A stretch of DNA of 25,359 nt. Source: Phycisphaerales bacterium (GTDB taxonomy: Bacteria > Planctomycetota > Phycisphaerae > Phycisphaerales > SM1A02). The notes beneath the pieces are model-generated. The model was not told the DNA's origin. It saw nothing but the letters and a program-made list of their open reading frames with translations, and made no database searches. How positions within the stretch are numbered: the stretch's first letter is position 1; every line of letters starts with the position of its first letter. The stretch spans positions 1 through 25,359 of the forward strand of contig JBJTJU010000091.1 of assembly GCA_046096165.1 (NCBI GenBank), given 5' to 3'. The position numbers and the translations under genes were made by a program. Below are positions 23,313-25,359 of the stretch, piece by piece.

Positions 23313-23657
23313 ATGGACGCGACGGCGCCGACGCCCCGCCCGGTGCACCTCGACCTCGACCGCGCGCGCGGCCTGGAGGTGACGTGGGACGACGGGGTCC
23401 GCAGCTTCTATCCCGTGGCGCACCTGCGGCGCGCGAGCCCCAGCGCCGACGCGAAGGCGCTGCGCGAGGAGATGGCGCGCAACCCGCTCACCGTGCTGCC
23501 GGCCGGCCGCGCGGCCGGGCCGCTGACCGCGGTGGACGCCGAGCTCGTCGGCAACTACGCCATCCGCATCCGCTTCAGCGACGGCCACTCGACCGGCATC
23601 TTCAGCTGGTCGTACCTGCGCTCGATCGACCCGGGCGCCGGGAAGGCCACCGCGTGA
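23313..23657 (+). CDS. DUF971 / gamma-butyrobetaine hydroxylase-like N-terminal domain protein
   Basis: 114 aa: LEVTWDDG, LRRASPSA and VGNYAIRIRFSDGHSTGIFSWSYL. It is the 3' part of track ORF 22530..23657. Confidence 0.88.
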   Translation: MDATAPTPRPVHLDLDRARGLEVTWDDGVRSFYPVAHLRRASPSADAKALREEMARNPLTVLPAGRAAGPLTAVDAELVGNYAIRIRFSDGHSTGIFSWSYLRSIDPGAGKATA

Positions 23658-24157
23658 GCGTGCGGCTCCCGGACATGCAGCCGGCGCCCGGCCTCCGCCC
23701 CCCCGCGGGCATCGAGGTGCCGCACCCGCGGCCCTTCGCGCTCCGGCTGCGCGCCGGAAGCGACGAGACCAGCCGCACCGTGGCGCACGTCAGCAACGTG
23801 GAGTACGTGCGCTGGCTCGACCGCGCCGCCGAGCTGCATGCCGATGCCGCGGGATTCACGCGCGCGTCGATGGCGGCGGCCGGCCACATGTGGTTCGTCG
23901 CCCGCCACGAGGTCGACTACGAGTCCGAGGCGTTCCCCGGCGACGAGCTGGTCGCCTTCACGTGGGTGCGCTCGATGGGACGCACCACCAGCTGGCGCGA
24001 CACGGTGGTGGCGCGCCCGGACGGGCGCATCGTCTGCTCGGCCGCGACGCGGTGGGCGCTCGTCAACCTGTCGACGCGCCGGCCGATGCGGATCCCCGAG
24101 GCGATGGCCGCGGCGCTCGAGCCGCTGGAGCGGAGCGGATGCACCTCGCCCTCGTGA
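23654..24157 (+). CDS. Acyl-CoA thioesterase (hot-dog fold, 4HBT/FadM/YbgC-like)
   Basis: HVSNVEYVRWLDRA, WFVARHEVDY...FPGDEL and TRWALVNLSTRRPMRIP. GTG 23654 overlaps the DUF971 TGA. Confidence 0.85.
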   Translation: MSVRLPDMQPAPGLRPPAGIEVPHPRPFALRLRAGSDETSRTVAHVSNVEYVRWLDRAAELHADAAGFTRASMAAAGHMWFVARHEVDYESEAFPGDELVAFTWVRSMGRTTSWRDTVVARPDGRIVCSAATRWALVNLSTRRPMRIPEAMAAALEPLERSGCTSPS

Positions 24158-25230
24158 TCGACCCCGACCGGCTGGTGCAGGACGGCGCTGCCCTGCAGCG
24201 CCTGGCGGTGGCGCTCGTCTCCGAAGGCGTGCGCGTACGACGCGTGCTGCCGACCGGGCGCGACGACGCGCCGCTCGCGCGGCTCATCCCGGTCAGTACC
24301 TACGACTTCGCGGGGTCGCCGCTCTTCCGTGCGTCCCGGCTGGGCGCCCTCAGCTCGGAGCTTGAGGAGGACAAGCCCGACGCCTTCGTGAGCTTCGGGC
24401 CCCGGGCCTTCGAGGCGGCCGCTGAACTTGCCCGCGACCTCGATGCCGGGCTCATCGCCATGGTGTCGACCGCGCGCGAACTGGACGCGACGCCGCTGCG
24501 GCGCCATGCCGACCGGCTCGATCTCGTGGGTGCCTCGACGGGGCCGGTGGCACTTCGGGCCACGCGCGTGGTGGGCGACGAACTGACCACGGTGCTTCCG
24601 CTCGGGGTCGCGACGCCGGACGGCGGGCGCACGCCGGCCCCGCCCGCCGAGGGCATCGCGATCGCCGGCCCGGCACGCGACGACGGTGCCTACCGCGCCG
24701 TGTTCTCCGCGATCGCCTCGCTCATGCCCACGATGCCCGACCTGCAGGTGGCGATCGAGCTGCCGCCTGGGCACGACCCGAAGCTCTGGACCCTGGCGCG
24801 CGAGCTGCGCGTGCAGCGCGTGCTGAACGGCGTGACGAGCCTGGAGTCGATCCGGCCGCTGGCGCTCGCCTGCGGCGTGGTGGCGCTGCCGGAGGCGGCC
24901 GGCGGCACGCGGTCGATCAGGTGGTCGGCCATCGGGTCCTCGAGCGCCACCACGCAGCGACCCATCGCCATCGCTTCCAGCACGATCGACCGCGTGCCGC
25001 CGACCGCTTCCGGCAGCGCCACCACGCCGCAAGCGAGCGCCAGCGGCCGGATCGACTCCAGGCTCGTGACGCCGTTCAGCACGCGCTGCACGCGTAGCTC
25101 GCGCGCCAGGGTCCAGAGCTTCGGGTCGTGCCCAGGTGGCAGCTCGATCGCCACCTGCAGGTCGGGCATCGTGGGCATGACCCGAAGCTCTGGACCCTGG
25201 CGCGCGAGCTGCGCGTGCAGCGCGTGCTGA
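24139..25230 (+). CDS. GT-B fold glycosyltransferase family 4-like protein; authentic only to ~24918, after which the frame runs through fold-back sequence
   Basis: ATG 24139 follows GGAG. The true continuation, GGTRSIVLEAMAMGRCVVALEDPMADHLID, can be read from the inverted copy (minus strand) and from 25173-25359, and matches the GT4 LEAMAxGxPVVA motif. The stop at 25228-25230 is probably an artefact of the junctions. Confidence 0.65.
   Translation: MHLALVIDPDRLVQDGAALQRLAVALVSEGVRVRRVLPTGRDDAPLARLIPVSTYDFAGSPLFRASRLGALSSELEEDKPDAFVSFGPRAFEAAAELARDLDAGLIAMVSTARELDATPLRRHADRLDLVGASTGPVALRATRVVGDELTTVLPLGVATPDGGRTPAPPAEGIAIAGPARDDGAYRAVFSAIASLMPTMPDLQVAIELPPGHDPKLWTLARELRVQRVLNGVTSLESIRPLALACGVVALPEAAGGTRSIRWSAIGSSSATTQRPIAIASSTIDRVPPTASGSATTPQASASGRIDSRLVTPFSTRCTRSSRARVQSFGSCPGGSSIATCRSGIVGMTRSSGPWRASCACSAC
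24722..25180. repeat. Imperfect inverted repeat (fold-back): arms 24722-24918 and 24984-25180, 65-nt spacer
   Basis: Manual alignment gives 191/197 identity, with 5 synonymous differences and 1 Ala/Val difference in the GT frame. The spacer is the reverse complement of the gene's continuation. Confidence 0.95.
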
Positions 25231-25359
25231 ACGGCGTCACGAGCCTGGAGTCGATCCGGCCGCTGGCACTCGCCTGCGGCGTGGTGGCGCTGCCGGAAGC
25301 GGTCGGCGGCACGCGGTCGATCGTGCTGGAAGCGATGGCGATGGGTCGCTGCGTGGTGG
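25173..25359 (+). repeat. Third (direct) copy of the GT segment
   Basis: 25173-25322 matches 24769-24918 with 5 differences (4 synonymous). 25323-25359 is identical to the reverse complement of 24947-24983. Confidence 0.95.

Noticed and set aside
1-25359. Terminal inverted repeats suggesting a transposon, linear replicon or hairpin telomere
   Set aside because: The left and right structures are unrelated to each other, each copies local coding sequence, and no transposase, protelomerase or terminal protein is present.
24722-25359. Diversity-generating retroelement, shufflon or gene-conversion cassette interpretation of the GT repeats
   Set aside because: Differences are not adenine-specific and are almost all synonymous. 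No reverse transcriptase or recombinase is in the window, and the repeats sit at the sequence end.
1-25359. tRNA, rRNA, CRISPR arrays, riboswitches
   Set aside because: Intergenic gaps are very short (longest ~124 bp, 10253-10376) and contain no cloverleaf, repeat-spacer array or recognisable riboswitch.

Overview
This is a high-GC, gene-dense chromosomal segment with about 21 genes, mostly housekeeping and cell-envelope functions. It is inferred to come from a planctomycete, probably Phycisphaerae-like; this rests on gene styles and was not verified by search. Gene order: (+) AsmA-like protein, LOG-family nucleosidase, lipoprotein, pssA, dacB, Zn-ribbon membrane protein; (-) vapC/FitA-like toxin-antitoxin pair; (+) recQ; (-) scpA; (+) kdsD-like isomerase; (-) response regulator, FAD/Fe-S oxidoreductase, TlpA fusion, folK, cinA, solute-binding protein, pyrF; (+) DUF971, thioesterase, GT4-like protein. 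I found no RNA genes, CRISPR arrays, transposases or integrases, and I cannot support a claim of a wholly new multi-gene system. The most notable observations are: (1) nearly every transcription-unit head has a TAnnnT (-10) box, mostly TAGACT, only 6-9 nt before the start codon, and most internal genes overlap by ATGA/GTGA, suggesting leaderless plus coupled translation; (2) the toxin-antitoxin promoter is a near-consensus TTGACC-N17-TATCAT overlapped by a FitA-type operator; (3) both window ends are fold-back inverted repeats whose arms differ mainly at synonymous codon positions, most likely a chimeric assembly of co-occurring strain haplotypes; (4) an envelope operon pairs an AsmA-like protein with a lipoprotein that may have a reduced secretin-like fold.
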